64,000 nt of DNA, taken from contig JBBDIP010000059.1 of assembly GCA_040880305.1 (NCBI GenBank), positions 226 to 64,225 on the forward strand. The letters run 5' to 3'. Within the stretch, counting starts at the first letter, position 1; each line of letters starts with the position of its first letter. Below the pieces are notes generated by a model. It worked only from the letters and a program-made list of their open reading frames with translations. It was not told the DNA's origin and did not search any database. Below are positions 54,243 through 63,473 of the stretch, one piece after another. This DNA comes from Bacillota bacterium (GTDB taxonomy: Bacteria; Bacillota; Sulfobacillia; Fermentithermobacillales; Fermentithermobacillaceae). Both the position numbers and the translations under genes were made by a program.

Positions 54243-55583
54243 GTGGAGAAAGTACTCGCGGGTTTTGAGTGGATTGACGGGCAGTCCAAGGCGCTCGCAG
54301 ATATCAGCGACGCCATCTGGCGGTTTGCAGAAATTGGGCTGCATGAAGACAAGTCAGCCGAGGCGTTAGAGGAATTGCTGCGTAAGAACGGGTTCACCAT
54401 CAAAACGGGTGTGGGCGGGATGCCGACCGCATTCGTGGCCACCTGGGGAAAGGGCAAGCCCTCCATTGGGTTTCTGGGAGAGTACGACGCGCTCCCGGGC
54501 GTCTCGCAGAAGGTCCAGCCCACCAAGGAGGAGCTGGAGTCCGGCGCCTGCGGGCACGGGTGCGGGCACAACCTCCTCGGTGTCGCGGCGGCGGCAGGGG
54601 CCATCGCCCTCAGGGAAGAGATGGTTAAGCGGGGCCTTAGCGGGACTGTCAAGTACTTCGGATGTCCGGCTGAGGAGAACTTCAGCGGCAAAGCCTTCAT
54701 GGCGAAGGATGGCCTGTTCAACGACCTGGACGTCTGCCTCACGTGGCACCCCGGCCCGATGAACAGCGTGCGCGGCGGGAGCTCCCTGGCCGTGAACTCG
54801 ATGAATGTCACGTTCCACGGCGTATCGTCCCTCGCGGGGGGCGCCCCTCACCTGGGGCGGAGCGCTCTGGACGCAGTCGAGCTCATGAACATCGGCGCCA
54901 ACTACCTGCGCGAGCACGTCATTGAGAAGGCCCGCATCCACTACGTCACCACCAACGGCGGGCTGCAACCCAACGTAGTCGCGTCCATCATGACCGACAC
55001 CACTTACGATGTGGAACTGCTGGAGGGCATCTACGAGGTGCTGCCCAACCGCGTGCTGGAGGACGTCCTGGTCGAGGCCATGGAAATCGCCGGCCCGCCC
55101 GTCTTCACCGCGGAGGACGTCAAGTTCGCCAAGGAACTCAGCAAGACGTTCCCGCCCGGCCAGTCAGAAGCCTACAAGCGGGACGAGACTCTTCCCGACG
55201 AGATAAAGGCCAAATTGGAAGGGAAGGTCCTGAACGACGCGGTGCTTGGACGCCCGCCTATCGCTCCGGACATGCGCGGTTCAACGGACGTCGGCGACGT
55301 CTCGTGGTGCTGCCCGACATCCCAGTTCTCGACGGCCTGCACGGCCATAGGGACGCCCGGACACTCGTGGCAGTACACCGCCCAGACCGGGATGCATATC
55401 GGCCACGCAGGGATGATCGCCGCCGCGAAGACCCTGGCCCAGGCCGGGTTCAGGCTCATGACCGACGAGGACGCCCGCAAGCAGGCCAGGGTTGAGTTCG
55501 AGAAGCGCACCGGCGGGAAGAAGTACAAGAGCCCGCTGCCGCCCGATGTGAAGCCGGCGTTCCATCAATTCGACAAGAAGTAG
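54243..55583 (+). CDS. M20-family amidohydrolase (AbgB-like), possibly carrying an in-frame internal deletion
   Basis: 446 aa from GTG 54243 (RBS GGAGG 54228-32). ..GEYDALPGVSQ.., CGHGCGHNLLG, GRSALDAVELMNIGANYLREH. After HYVTTNGGLQPNVVAS the sequence jumps to IMTDTTYDVELL. Confidence 0.8.
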   Translation: MEKVLAGFEWIDGQSKALADISDAIWRFAEIGLHEDKSAEALEELLRKNGFTIKTGVGGMPTAFVATWGKGKPSIGFLGEYDALPGVSQKVQPTKEELESGACGHGCGHNLLGVAAAAGAIALREEMVKRGLSGTVKYFGCPAEENFSGKAFMAKDGLFNDLDVCLTWHPGPMNSVRGGSSLAVNSMNVTFHGVSSLAGGAPHLGRSALDAVELMNIGANYLREHVIEKARIHYVTTNGGLQPNVVASIMTDTTYDVELLEGIYEVLPNRVLEDVLVEAMEIAGPPVFTAEDVKFAKELSKTFPPGQSEAYKRDETLPDEIKAKLEGKVLNDAVLGRPPIAPDMRGSTDVGDVSWCCPTSQFSTACTAIGTPGHSWQYTAQTGMHIGHAGMIAAAKTLAQAGFRLMTDEDARKQARVEFEKRTGGKKYKSPLPPDVKPAFHQFDKK

Positions 55584-55638
55584 ACGTCGTCGTTTGGCGC
55601 ATTATGTAACCTTCAAGCCACCCCCGAAACCAGGGGAT

Positions 55639-55668
55639 GGCTGGTTTTCCCAGCCACCGTCTTTCTTT
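55639..55668. terminator. rho-independent terminator between convergent genes
   Basis: GGCTGG-ttttc-CCAGCC followed by ..CTTTCTTT. Confidence 0.65.
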
Positions 55669-55701
55669 AATTGGTTTTGGACTAGGCGGCGCAGCCGCCC
55701 A

Positions 55702-56706
55702 TCATACCGACTCCCTTGCCTTCGCCACCCACTTGGGGTCCCGCAGGATCCCGCGCCCCACACCGATGAGGTCCGCGTGGCCCTCTTGCAGGACTTTCTC
55801 TGCGAATTGCCCATCAGTGATCCCACCGGTCACCAGCACTGGGATCGCGACGGTCTTCTTGATCACTGAGGCATTGGACACGAAGTACCCTGGCGGAGCC
55901 CCCGCCGGCCGGGATCCTCCGAATCCTCCGGAGACGTCGATCAGCGCGACACCCGCATCTTGCAGCATTTTGGCAACCTTAGCGGCATCCCTCGCTTCAA
56001 ATCCTCCGGGAACGCCTCCGTCCGTGCTGCCCAGCCTCACGAACACTGGGAACTCCGGGCCCACCTTCTCCTTTACCGTCTTCACCGTCTCGAGGATGAA
56101 CCGCGCCCGGTTCTCAAGGCTGCCGCCATACTCATCGGTCCTGGTGTTGGTGAGAGGGGAGAGGAACTGGGTGCCCAGGTAGCCGTGGGCGGAGTGGATC
56201 TCCACCGCGTCGAATCCGGCCAGTTGAACCCTCCGGGCTGCGGCCGCAAAAAGATCCTGCACTTCATGAATTTCGTCTACGGTCATCCCCCTGGGTTTGC
56301 GTTCGGACCGGGGATTGGGGGTGTCGGACGGGCCGAGCGGCTCGCCGCCGGTAACCTCGGGATTTGCCGTGGCTCCTGAGTGGTTCAGTTGGATGGCCGC
56401 GACCGCGCCGTTGGTGCGCAGCGTCAGGGCAAGTTGCTTGAAAGCCGGGATTGCCTTGTCGTTGTCCAGGCCCAGCTGTCCCTTGTGGGCCTTGCCGCGT
56501 TTGGTTATGTAGGTGTGCTCGACGATGACCATGCCGACGCCGTTGGCGGCCCTTTCCCGGTAATACTCAACGGTCGACTCGCCGGGCAGGCCATTGTCGT
56601 GCTGGGATCCGCCGGGACCCTCGATTGCCGTGGCCATGGGCGGCATCACGATGCGGTTTCGCAGGTCGAGCCCTGCAAAGGAGAATGGAGAGAAAAGCAG
56701 GGACAT
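55702..56706 (-). CDS. Old-Yellow-Enzyme-family NADH:flavin oxidoreductase
   Basis: 334 aa. ..LRNRIVMPPMAT.., AIQLNHSG, EIHSAHGYL..FLSP..N.RTDEYGGSLENR. Confidence 0.9.
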   Translation of the reverse strand: MSLLFSPFSFAGLDLRNRIVMPPMATAIEGPGGSQHDNGLPGESTVEYYRERAANGVGMVIVEHTYITKRGKAHKGQLGLDNDKAIPAFKQLALTLRTNGAVAAIQLNHSGATANPEVTGGEPLGPSDTPNPRSERKPRGMTVDEIHEVQDLFAAAARRVQLAGFDAVEIHSAHGYLGTQFLSPLTNTRTDEYGGSLENRARFILETVKTVKEKVGPEFPVFVRLGSTDGGVPGGFEARDAAKVAKMLQDAGVALIDVSGGFGGSRPAGAPPGYFVSNASVIKKTVAIPVLVTGGITDGQFAEKVLQEGHADLIGVGRGILRDPKWVAKARESV

Positions 56707-56782
56707 GAGTACTCCTCCTCTAGTAGATGTTTGCCTGTGCTGACCACTTGCCTAATTGACATTTCCGTGGAGGTTTCCGGGA

Positions 56783-57583
56783 CTATTGCAGGTCCTGCCG
56801 CCTGAACTTGTCGAAGCCCGCCCAGAGCAACGCCGCGGACAGGAAGATCGCCGTCGTCCCCGGCTTCAGGAGCAGGGACAGTGTGCTCGAGTCTGGCGAC
56901 CCAGTGGATCCGGCCGACCCGGTAAGCAGCAGGTTCGCGTTCCCCATCAGGGCTGAGGGGAGCCACGGCCCCACAGTCGAGCGGCCCAAGAGGGAACCCG
57001 CGATGCCCACCGCGATCATGAACGCCAGCCCAACCCCGCCCGCAGCCAGCGCTCCCGATGTTACCATGGACGCCGCGAACGTGGCCGACATGATGAATTC
57101 GGCGTATATGCCGATCGCCAAAGTGGCCAGAGCCACTCTTGAGGCTTGGATGGGTCCGATGAGGGTCCAGGTGTAAAGGGACGTGAGCAGCACTGATGCT
57201 GCGATCCCCAGGGCGAGGCCGACAGATAGGACGCCGTACTTAGCCAGGACGTAAGACTTCCTGGACGCGGGCTTGGTCACGATGAACGTCGCGACCCCCG
57301 ACGCCTTTTCGCTCGCCACCACTCCCATTGTGATGGCCACGATGACCAGGAGGCCAATCTCGACGATGTCGCCGATGAACGACCCCACCGCCATCTCCGC
57401 GGAAGGAGGAGGGACGATTATCGTGATGCCCTGGCCGAACTTCTGCAGGATTTCTCCCATATACCTTGTGGAGAGGGGGTCCATGATCGCCAGGAACAAG
57501 AGAGCCAGGTAGAGAGCGGGGAGGCGGAATGTCCGCCAGGCCTGCCGGATTTCCTTTCCTACCAACGCTGACACAGGCAACAC
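56783..57583 (-). CDS. ABC-2-type transporter permease
   Basis: 266 aa, GTG start, 6 TM-like helices. Directly downstream of an ABC ATPase. Confidence 0.75.
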   Translation of the reverse strand: MLPVSALVGKEIRQAWRTFRLPALYLALLFLAIMDPLSTRYMGEILQKFGQGITIIVPPPSAEMAVGSFIGDIVEIGLLVIVAITMGVVASEKASGVATFIVTKPASRKSYVLAKYGVLSVGLALGIAASVLLTSLYTWTLIGPIQASRVALATLAIGIYAEFIMSATFAASMVTSGALAAGGVGLAFMIAVGIAGSLLGRSTVGPWLPSALMGNANLLLTGSAGSTGSPDSSTLSLLLKPGTTAIFLSAALLWAGFDKFRRQDLQ

Positions 57584-57589
57584 CTCAGT

Positions 57590-58543
57590 TCAGTCTGCGC
57601 TAAGCCGGAGGAACACGGTTTCAAGGTCGGTCCGGGACTGCCCGAACTCCCTCACTCGGACGCCCTGTTGGACCAGTCCGGCAAGCGTTCCATCCAGCGC
57701 CGTCTCCATCTGGCCGTGGCGGACGTCCGCGTAGAGCACCCCGGTCACCGCTCCGTCCTGCGACACCGCCGAGACCCACGGCATAGCTCTGAGCAGCCCT
57801 TCTGCATTGCCCACGTCTTCGGGTCGCACTTCCATTCGGAGCCGGTCAGACGCGTAGCGCGAGAGGATGTCTTCCACCGGGCCGTCGAGAAGGTTCCGGC
57901 CGGCCTTCACCATGACAAGTTTGTCGGACACGCGCTCGACGTCCTCGAGGATGTGACTCGAGAACAGCACGGTGGCCTTTCCTTTGAGTTGGCGGAGCAG
58001 GCCGAACACTTCTACGCGACCCTCCGGGTCAAGAGCCGAGACGGGTTCGTCCAGCACCAGGAGGTCCGGCTCAGGCAAGAAGCAGGTCGCGAGCCCCAGG
58101 CGCTGCTTCATCCCCCGGGAATAGGTGCCGACGCTGTGTCTCCTGGCGTCTTCAAGGTGGAACTCCTTGAGCAGGGCCGCGGAACGCTCCCGCGCGGTGC
58201 GGGGGTCCATCTCGTAAAGCCCGGCTACCAGGTCCATCACTTCCTGGCCGGTGTGCCGCTCAGGAAAAACCGGATCTTGCGGCAGGTAGGACATCTTGCC
58301 TCGCTGGGGCAAATCGCGCCCGAAGACCACGTCCTGCCCGAGCAGGCGCACCTTGCCGCCGTCCCTTGGGAGCAGGCCAAGGAGGATCCTCAGCGTGGTC
58401 GTCTTGCCGGCTCCGTTCGGGCCGATGAAACCGCAGACCGTCCCGGTCTCGACCTGCATGGACAGCCCGTTCAATGCGTGCACCGAGCCGAACGACTTCG
58501 TAAGACCCTCAATATTGATAGCTTCCACGACGTTCACCCTCAA
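57590..58543 (-). CDS. ABC transporter ATP-binding protein (intact)
   Basis: 317 aa. GPNGAGKTT, YSRGMKQRLGLA, LLVLDEP, SSHILEDVE. Confidence 0.9.
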   Translation of the reverse strand: MRVNVVEAINIEGLTKSFGSVHALNGLSMQVETGTVCGFIGPNGAGKTTTLRILLGLLPRDGGKVRLLGQDVVFGRDLPQRGKMSYLPQDPVFPERHTGQEVMDLVAGLYEMDPRTARERSAALLKEFHLEDARRHSVGTYSRGMKQRLGLATCFLPEPDLLVLDEPVSALDPEGRVEVFGLLRQLKGKATVLFSSHILEDVERVSDKLVMVKAGRNLLDGPVEDILSRYASDRLRMEVRPEDVGNAEGLLRAMPWVSAVSQDGAVTGVLYADVRHGQMETALDGTLAGLVQQGVRVREFGQSRTDLETVFLRLSAD

Positions 58544-58564
58544 TCGCTGCCTTCGTGACTACCC

Positions 58565-58762
58565 TTACTCCTCGCCGCGGCCGACCGCGAAGTAGAGGAT
58601 GGGCCCCAGGCACTCGCCCAGTATGATGATGACGATCCAGGCTGCCCTGGGCAGGTGTTTGACGGTCTTGCGCTTCCTTATGTCAAGGAGCCCGGCGGTC
58701 ATCATCGCCAACTGCAGAACCAATAAGGGCCAAAACTTCAAAAGGATCTCGGTGAAGCTCAC
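58565..58762 (-). CDS. small PLD-nuclease-N-terminal-domain-type membrane protein
   Basis: 65 aa, GTG start, RBS AAAGGGGTGA. Two TM helices with ..LLDIRKRK..LPRAAWIVIIIL..PILYFAVGR... Confidence 0.65.
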   Translation of the reverse strand: MSFTEILLKFWPLLVLQLAMMTAGLLDIRKRKTVKHLPRAAWIVIIILGECLGPILYFAVGRGEE

Positions 58763-58784
58763 GTGAATTCACCCCTTTCAAAGA

Positions 58785-61169
58785 CTACCCGATCGATTGG
58801 TAGAGCGCGGGATCCGCGTTGGCGACGAACGGCGAAGGAACCCCCTCGTAGTGGAGGTGCAGCTTGTGAAGCGCCCTGGTGCAGGCTGTATAGAGGACTC
58901 GGCGGTCCGCTTCCGCTGAGTACCGGTCCTTGCTGGCGTCGTATATGACCACCGCCTCGAACTCCAGGCCCTTGGCCAGGTACGAGGCGATGACCAAGAT
59001 GCCCCGCCTGAACCGGCCCTCGCCCGGTTTGACCAGGCTGATCTTCTGGCCGCGGAGTCCGGGCGCCGCTTTGAGGTCGTCGAAAGCCGCCCAACTCTCA
59101 CGCGCGGTCTTGCAGATGATGGCGATCGACGTCAACCCTGAATCCTTCAGCCCGGCGACGTCAGCAGCGACCGAGCGCGCCAGCGCCTCCCGATCGGGTG
59201 AGACGAACACCTTGGGGAGTTCGCCGGGACGTTCGATAGCCTCGATTGGCTCGCCGCCAGCGAGAAGTCCCCTGGTAAACTCGGTGATCTCGCGCGTGGA
59301 GCGATAGCTCTCGGTAAGGATGACGCGGACGACTGGCCGGTCGGTAGAGCCGTACACCGCTGAGACCTGGCTGACCACTTCTTCGGAGGTCGCCGGACCG
59401 GAGTCGACGTTCATAGACTGGTTCACGTCCCCCAGCAGCGTGAACGCCGCGCCGGGGAAAGACCTTCGCAGGACCTCATGCTGGGCGGGGGAGAAGTCCT
59501 GCACCTCGTCCACGATGACGTGCCGCACTCCACCGGAGTCCGGGAAGCCGTCCAGCATGCCTTGGAGGAGCAGGAGGGGGGCCAAGTCCTCATAAGGAAT
59601 GGTGCCGGAGTTGAGGCGCGCCAGCGTCTGCTTGCGGACCTCTCCAAATCCCTTCGGGAGCGCGAGGCTGTCGCCCGCGACCTGGCTGAACAGGGCTTCG
59701 TCCTTGAACAGCTTCATGTAGGCCTCAAGGGTTGCGACGGGTTTCCACGAATGGACTCTGTCCCGCGCCGCCTGAATTTCCTGGTGCGCTTGGATCCTGC
59801 CCATCCGCTTGATCTCTTTCGCGAACAGGTACGCGCTCTCCGCGCTCTCTGCGATTTCCTTCTGGAGCTCCTCGACCCTGTGCTCCTGCACCTCGTCCAG
59901 GAGCCAGTTGGCGCGCCGCTTGATCTTGTCCACCCGCCTTTCCAGCGGGAGGTACCCATACTCTGAGCGGAGGAGCTTCGCCGCTTCCTCCCTGGACATG
60001 ACGACATTGCCGCGGAAAGATACCTCGCCCAGGCCTTCAGCGCTGTCAGTGAGGAGGCCGGCGTAGCGCACTATAAGCGCGGCGAACTCCTGGGACGACT
60101 TCAGACGGATCCCGTCCGTCCTGACCAGGTAGCTCTTGCTTCCCCGGTCATCCAGGAGGTACTCCAGTTGATCGCCGAGGCTCTCGATTTGGAGGGGGCT
60201 GAAGCTTTGTTCGGCTGTGGGCATCGCGCCGGGCGTTGCTGTGGGCATCGCCGCTGGCGTCGTCCCTGGCAGTGCGCTTCTCAGGCGGTCCGCACCAAAC
60301 TCGCTGAACGATATTTGCTGGACGGGCTCCTCGCCCAGTTCAGGTAGAACTGGTGAAGTGTAGTCGGTGAAAAGGCCCCCGGGCGAGAACATAACGATGT
60401 TCTTGGCGACCATGGTGGCCCTATGCTTGTAAAGGAGGTAGGCTGCGCGGTGCAGGGCGATCACCGTCTTGCCGCTGCCCGCCGACCCCTGAACCACAAG
60501 CGCACCCCTGCTGTCTCCACGGATGACGCGGTTCTGCTCCCGCTGGATAGTGTTTACGATGCTCCGCATGCGGTCGCCCGTGGCCTTCTGGAGGGCATCC
60601 TGCAGCATCTCGTCGTAGATGGTGAGGCTGTTGTCGAACATAAACGTGAGGCGACCGTCTTTGATGCGGAAGTGCCGCTTCAGTAGAATCTCGCCCGCGA
60701 CCACGCCCAAAGGCGCTTCGTACTGGGCGTGACCCAACTCGTAGTCGTAGTACATGCTGGAGACAGGCGCCCTCCAGTCAAAGACAAGGTGTTTGCCGGT
60801 CTCTTGCGCCATGAGGGAGGAGATGCCGATGTAAATCTGCTGAACGCCCGCGCCGGAGCTACGGAAGTCGATTCGCGCGAAGTAGGGGGACTTGGCTAGC
60901 CTCTCCAACTGCCTCGCTCTGTCTAGCGAAAAGCGGTGGAGTTTGGCCGCGGTCTTGAGTTTCTGCATGCCGCTGGCGACCTCGATAACTCCCTCGAAGT
61001 CGGCGACGGCGCGGGGCGATTCGTCGCGGAGGAAGTCCTGTGTCCCGGTGAGTTGCGCCCTGTATTTGGCCGTATCAGATGTCCGCTCGCGATGCTGCCC
61101 GGCTATCTCGTCCAGGACAAGTGCCAACCGTTGTTCCTCATGTTCTTTGTCCGGCACCGAAACGCTCAT
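58785..61169 (-). CDS. helD: HelD-type (helicase IV-like) UvrD-family ATPase
   Basis: 794 aa from ATG 61169 (RBS AGAGGGGG). ..PYFARIDF.., Walker A GSAGSGKT, VIVDEVQD, C-terminal ..VIASYLAKGLEFEAVVI..LYTACTRA... Confidence 0.85.
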   Translation of the reverse strand: MSVSVPDKEHEEQRLALVLDEIAGQHRERTSDTAKYRAQLTGTQDFLRDESPRAVADFEGVIEVASGMQKLKTAAKLHRFSLDRARQLERLAKSPYFARIDFRSSGAGVQQIYIGISSLMAQETGKHLVFDWRAPVSSMYYDYELGHAQYEAPLGVVAGEILLKRHFRIKDGRLTFMFDNSLTIYDEMLQDALQKATGDRMRSIVNTIQREQNRVIRGDSRGALVVQGSAGSGKTVIALHRAAYLLYKHRATMVAKNIVMFSPGGLFTDYTSPVLPELGEEPVQQISFSEFGADRLRSALPGTTPAAMPTATPGAMPTAEQSFSPLQIESLGDQLEYLLDDRGSKSYLVRTDGIRLKSSQEFAALIVRYAGLLTDSAEGLGEVSFRGNVVMSREEAAKLLRSEYGYLPLERRVDKIKRRANWLLDEVQEHRVEELQKEIAESAESAYLFAKEIKRMGRIQAHQEIQAARDRVHSWKPVATLEAYMKLFKDEALFSQVAGDSLALPKGFGEVRKQTLARLNSGTIPYEDLAPLLLLQGMLDGFPDSGGVRHVIVDEVQDFSPAQHEVLRRSFPGAAFTLLGDVNQSMNVDSGPATSEEVVSQVSAVYGSTDRPVVRVILTESYRSTREITEFTRGLLAGGEPIEAIERPGELPKVFVSPDREALARSVAADVAGLKDSGLTSIAIICKTARESWAAFDDLKAAPGLRGQKISLVKPGEGRFRRGILVIASYLAKGLEFEAVVIYDASKDRYSAEADRRVLYTACTRALHKLHLHYEGVPSPFVANADPALYQSIG

Positions 61170-61203
61170 CCAGGTACCCCCTCTGGTTGATCCTGCCCGC
61201 AAG

Positions 61204-61228
61204 CGGGTTGCAGCCAACGGGTTGCAGC
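61204..61228. repeat. two perfect 11-nt direct repeats upstream of helD
   Basis: CGGGTTGCAGC caa CGGGTTGCAGC (plus strand), 35-60 nt upstream of the helD ATG. Confidence 0.8.
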
Positions 61229-61283
61229 GGGCGCACGGACGTGATAAGATCCAGACACTTTTTGGATGACCTGCTAATCCCTT

Positions 61284-61958
61284 CTATCTGACTATCTTAC
61301 CACTCTGGCGAGCCGCTGGGGAGTCCTGCCTGTAGAGACCGTAACGCAGCATTTCCTTGTATTCGTCCATCTCCTTTAGCGCGGCGGGGAGGTCCGCCAG
61401 TCCCTTGTCAGGGCGCGTCCGCGAAGTCTCAAGGAACTTCTCGCTGACGGCGTTAAGCGTCAACAGGATGAACCGCATGGCCTTCTGGGGGTCGACGCCC
61501 TTACGCAGGCCCGAGAAATCCACCCCTTTAAGAAAGATGGCCATCAACCGCTCGGATACCTGCGTGTACCTGGCGGCCAGATCCGGCTTGACGTCTTCGG
61601 GGACATCCTGCATGGTCGCCGCGCCCATCTTGTACATCAGCGGGTTTTCGGAGAGCATCTTCACCTTAAGGGTACCCCAGGTCATGAGGCGATCCAGGAG
61701 GTCGGACGGCAGCTCGCCGAGGTTTCGCAGAAAGTAATCCAGCTGGTAGTCGATGCTGCAATCCAACGCGTAGAGGTAGAGGCCTTTCTTGCTGCCGAAA
61801 TAGTGAAAGAGCAGGCCTTTGGCGATGCCTGCTTCTTTCACTATGTTGTTGGTGGACGCCTTCTCGAACCCGTTTTCCGCAAACTCCCGTATGGCGGCAT
61901 CCAGTATCTTCTGCCGCTTGTCCTCCGGGAGCCTGGTCAGACGGTCCGGGCCTTCCAT
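61284..61958 (-). CDS. TetR-family transcriptional regulator
   Basis: 224 aa. ..KILDAAIREFAENGFEKASTNNIVKEAGIAKGLLFHYFGSK.. HTH. Confidence 0.9.
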   Translation of the reverse strand: MEGPDRLTRLPEDKRQKILDAAIREFAENGFEKASTNNIVKEAGIAKGLLFHYFGSKKGLYLYALDCSIDYQLDYFLRNLGELPSDLLDRLMTWGTLKVKMLSENPLMYKMGAATMQDVPEDVKPDLAARYTQVSERLMAIFLKGVDFSGLRKGVDPQKAMRFILLTLNAVSEKFLETSRTRPDKGLADLPAALKEMDEYKEMLRYGLYRQDSPAARQSGKIVR

Positions 61959-62762
61959 CTAGACGGTGATGTCCTTGCGGCCGTACGCCGCGTACGAGCC
62001 CGCGATGGAGATGACGATCGTTGCCACGGCGGCCGCCAGGTAAACGGGGTCAACTTCCCCCTTGGGCAAGATGTCCGCCGCGCTGGCCCACTTGAAAGGC
62101 GTGATGAAGCGCAGGAAACGGGCTTTCTCCGAGATGTCCGCCACGACCTGCAGCGCGTAAAGGCCCAGGACGAAGCCCAGCGACGCCGAGTACACCGCGC
62201 GGTTGCGTGTCACGAACACCGATCCAAGGAAACCGAGGGAGGCGACAGCCATGATGGCCAAGAGCGTCATGCCTCCGAGCAGCAAAAAAGGCTTCAAGGC
62301 GAAATCCGCCTCGCTGAAGACCCGCATCGCCGCATAGGCCGCCGCCCAGTTGATGCCGGTGAACAGGACCACGTAGACCACGAAGGTCAGGAGCTTCTGC
62401 GTCACGATCTCGGACCTCGTGATGGGCCTCGCCAGCAGGAACTCGACGGTCTTGTCGTTCTCCTCCTTAGATAGGAGGGAGGTGCTCAGAAGCGACCCGT
62501 ACATAGCTCCGAACAGGATGATCATGAGGTGCACCTCAGTGCCGAAGTACCCGGTGACCGTGGTCATGTCCAACCTGTCCATTCCGAACGCTTTGCGCAT
62601 GCCCTCGGGGAACATTTTGATGAACTCATCCATGCCCTTGCCGGCGCCTGCGAACGACGACTCATAGACCGACAGCATGTAGGCGACAAATGCCGCCACG
62701 GCCACTGTCCAGAAGAGGAAGGTCCGGAAGTTGCGCTTGAGTTCAAAGCGGAAGATGTTCAT
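61959..62762 (-). CDS. ABC-2-type transporter permease
   Basis: 267 aa, 6 TM-like helices. Start overlaps the upstream (decayed) ATPase stop. Confidence 0.75.
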   Translation of the reverse strand: MNIFRFELKRNFRTFLFWTVAVAAFVAYMLSVYESSFAGAGKGMDEFIKMFPEGMRKAFGMDRLDMTTVTGYFGTEVHLMIILFGAMYGSLLSTSLLSKEENDKTVEFLLARPITRSEIVTQKLLTFVVYVVLFTGINWAAAYAAMRVFSEADFALKPFLLLGGMTLLAIMAVASLGFLGSVFVTRNRAVYSASLGFVLGLYALQVVADISEKARFLRFITPFKWASAADILPKGEVDPVYLAAAVATIVISIAGSYAAYGRKDITV

Positions 62763-63347
62763 CTTGCCCCCTCCTTCTCGTAGTAGTGCATGAATATCTC
62801 CTCAAGAGTGGGCTCCTCCAGGTGAAGGGCTTTCACCTGGGTCTGAGCCAGGGCCTTGACCAGAGAATCGACGTCGCCGCTGAACATGAATTTCAGCGTG
62901 CCGTTCTCGCGCTCGGGGGCGACCACGCCCCGGAGGTCGTCCGGCAGCCTTGAGGCAGGATCCGCGAACGTCACCTGCACCTTCATCAGTTGCCGGCCTC
63001 GCAGCGACTCGATTTCCTCCGTGCGCAGCACGCGGCCTTCTTCGAAGTTCGCCGTAATAGGCAACTTCGCCGGGTAGATAGCCGACCTCTTGCTTGATCC
63101 GCTTGGTATCGCGGACGGCGTCCAGCCCGAATATCCTGGCCGTCCCCTTGGTGGGGAAGATGAAGTTCAAGAGGCACCTAATGGTCGTGGTCTTCCCGGC
63201 GCCGTTGGGCCCGATGAATCCGAAGATCTCCCCCTCGGAAAGATGCAGGTTGACGTCGATGATCCCTCTGGACTTTCCGTAGTACTTGGTGAGCCCCTCC
63301 GTCTCGAGGACGTAGCCCTTGCTAGCGGTGACGTTGGCGACGCTCAC
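62759..63347 (-). pseudogene. ABC transporter ATP-binding gene with the catalytic core deleted
   Basis: The N-terminal piece (..GPNGAGKTT..IGYLPGEVAYY) changes frame near 63045-63060 into the C-terminal piece (..NFEEGRVLRTEEIESLRG..LEEIFMHYY). The Q-loop, LSGGQ signature, Walker B and H-loop (about 120-130 aa) are absent. Confidence 0.75.
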
Positions 63348-63389
63348 ATTCTTCACTCTCCTTTGACGGTTTGACGAAACCAATTGCGA

Positions 63390-63405
63390 TTGACCATGTG
63401 GTCAA
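63390..63405. promoter_or_regulatory. palindromic operator candidate 1 (TetR-type)
   Basis: TTGACCATGTGGTCAA: perfect 6+6 inverted repeat, downstream of the candidate -10. Confidence 0.55.
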
Positions 63406-63420
63406 TGCCTTGCGGGTCAA

Positions 63421-63450
63421 AATATAGCACGCTGTTGACCGGGTGGTCAA
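63421..63450 (-). promoter_or_regulatory. candidate promoter of the ABC-permease-TetR operon
   Basis: Minus strand TTGACC (63450-63445), 18-nt spacer, TATATT (63426-63421). Confidence 0.5.
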
Positions 63451-63451
63451 C
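63434..63451. promoter_or_regulatory. palindromic operator candidate 2 (TetR-type)
   Basis: GTTGACCGGGTGGTCAAC: perfect 7+7 inverted repeat overlapping the candidate -35. Confidence 0.55.
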
Positions 63452-63473
63452 AGTCCCGCGACCGCAGAGTTGA

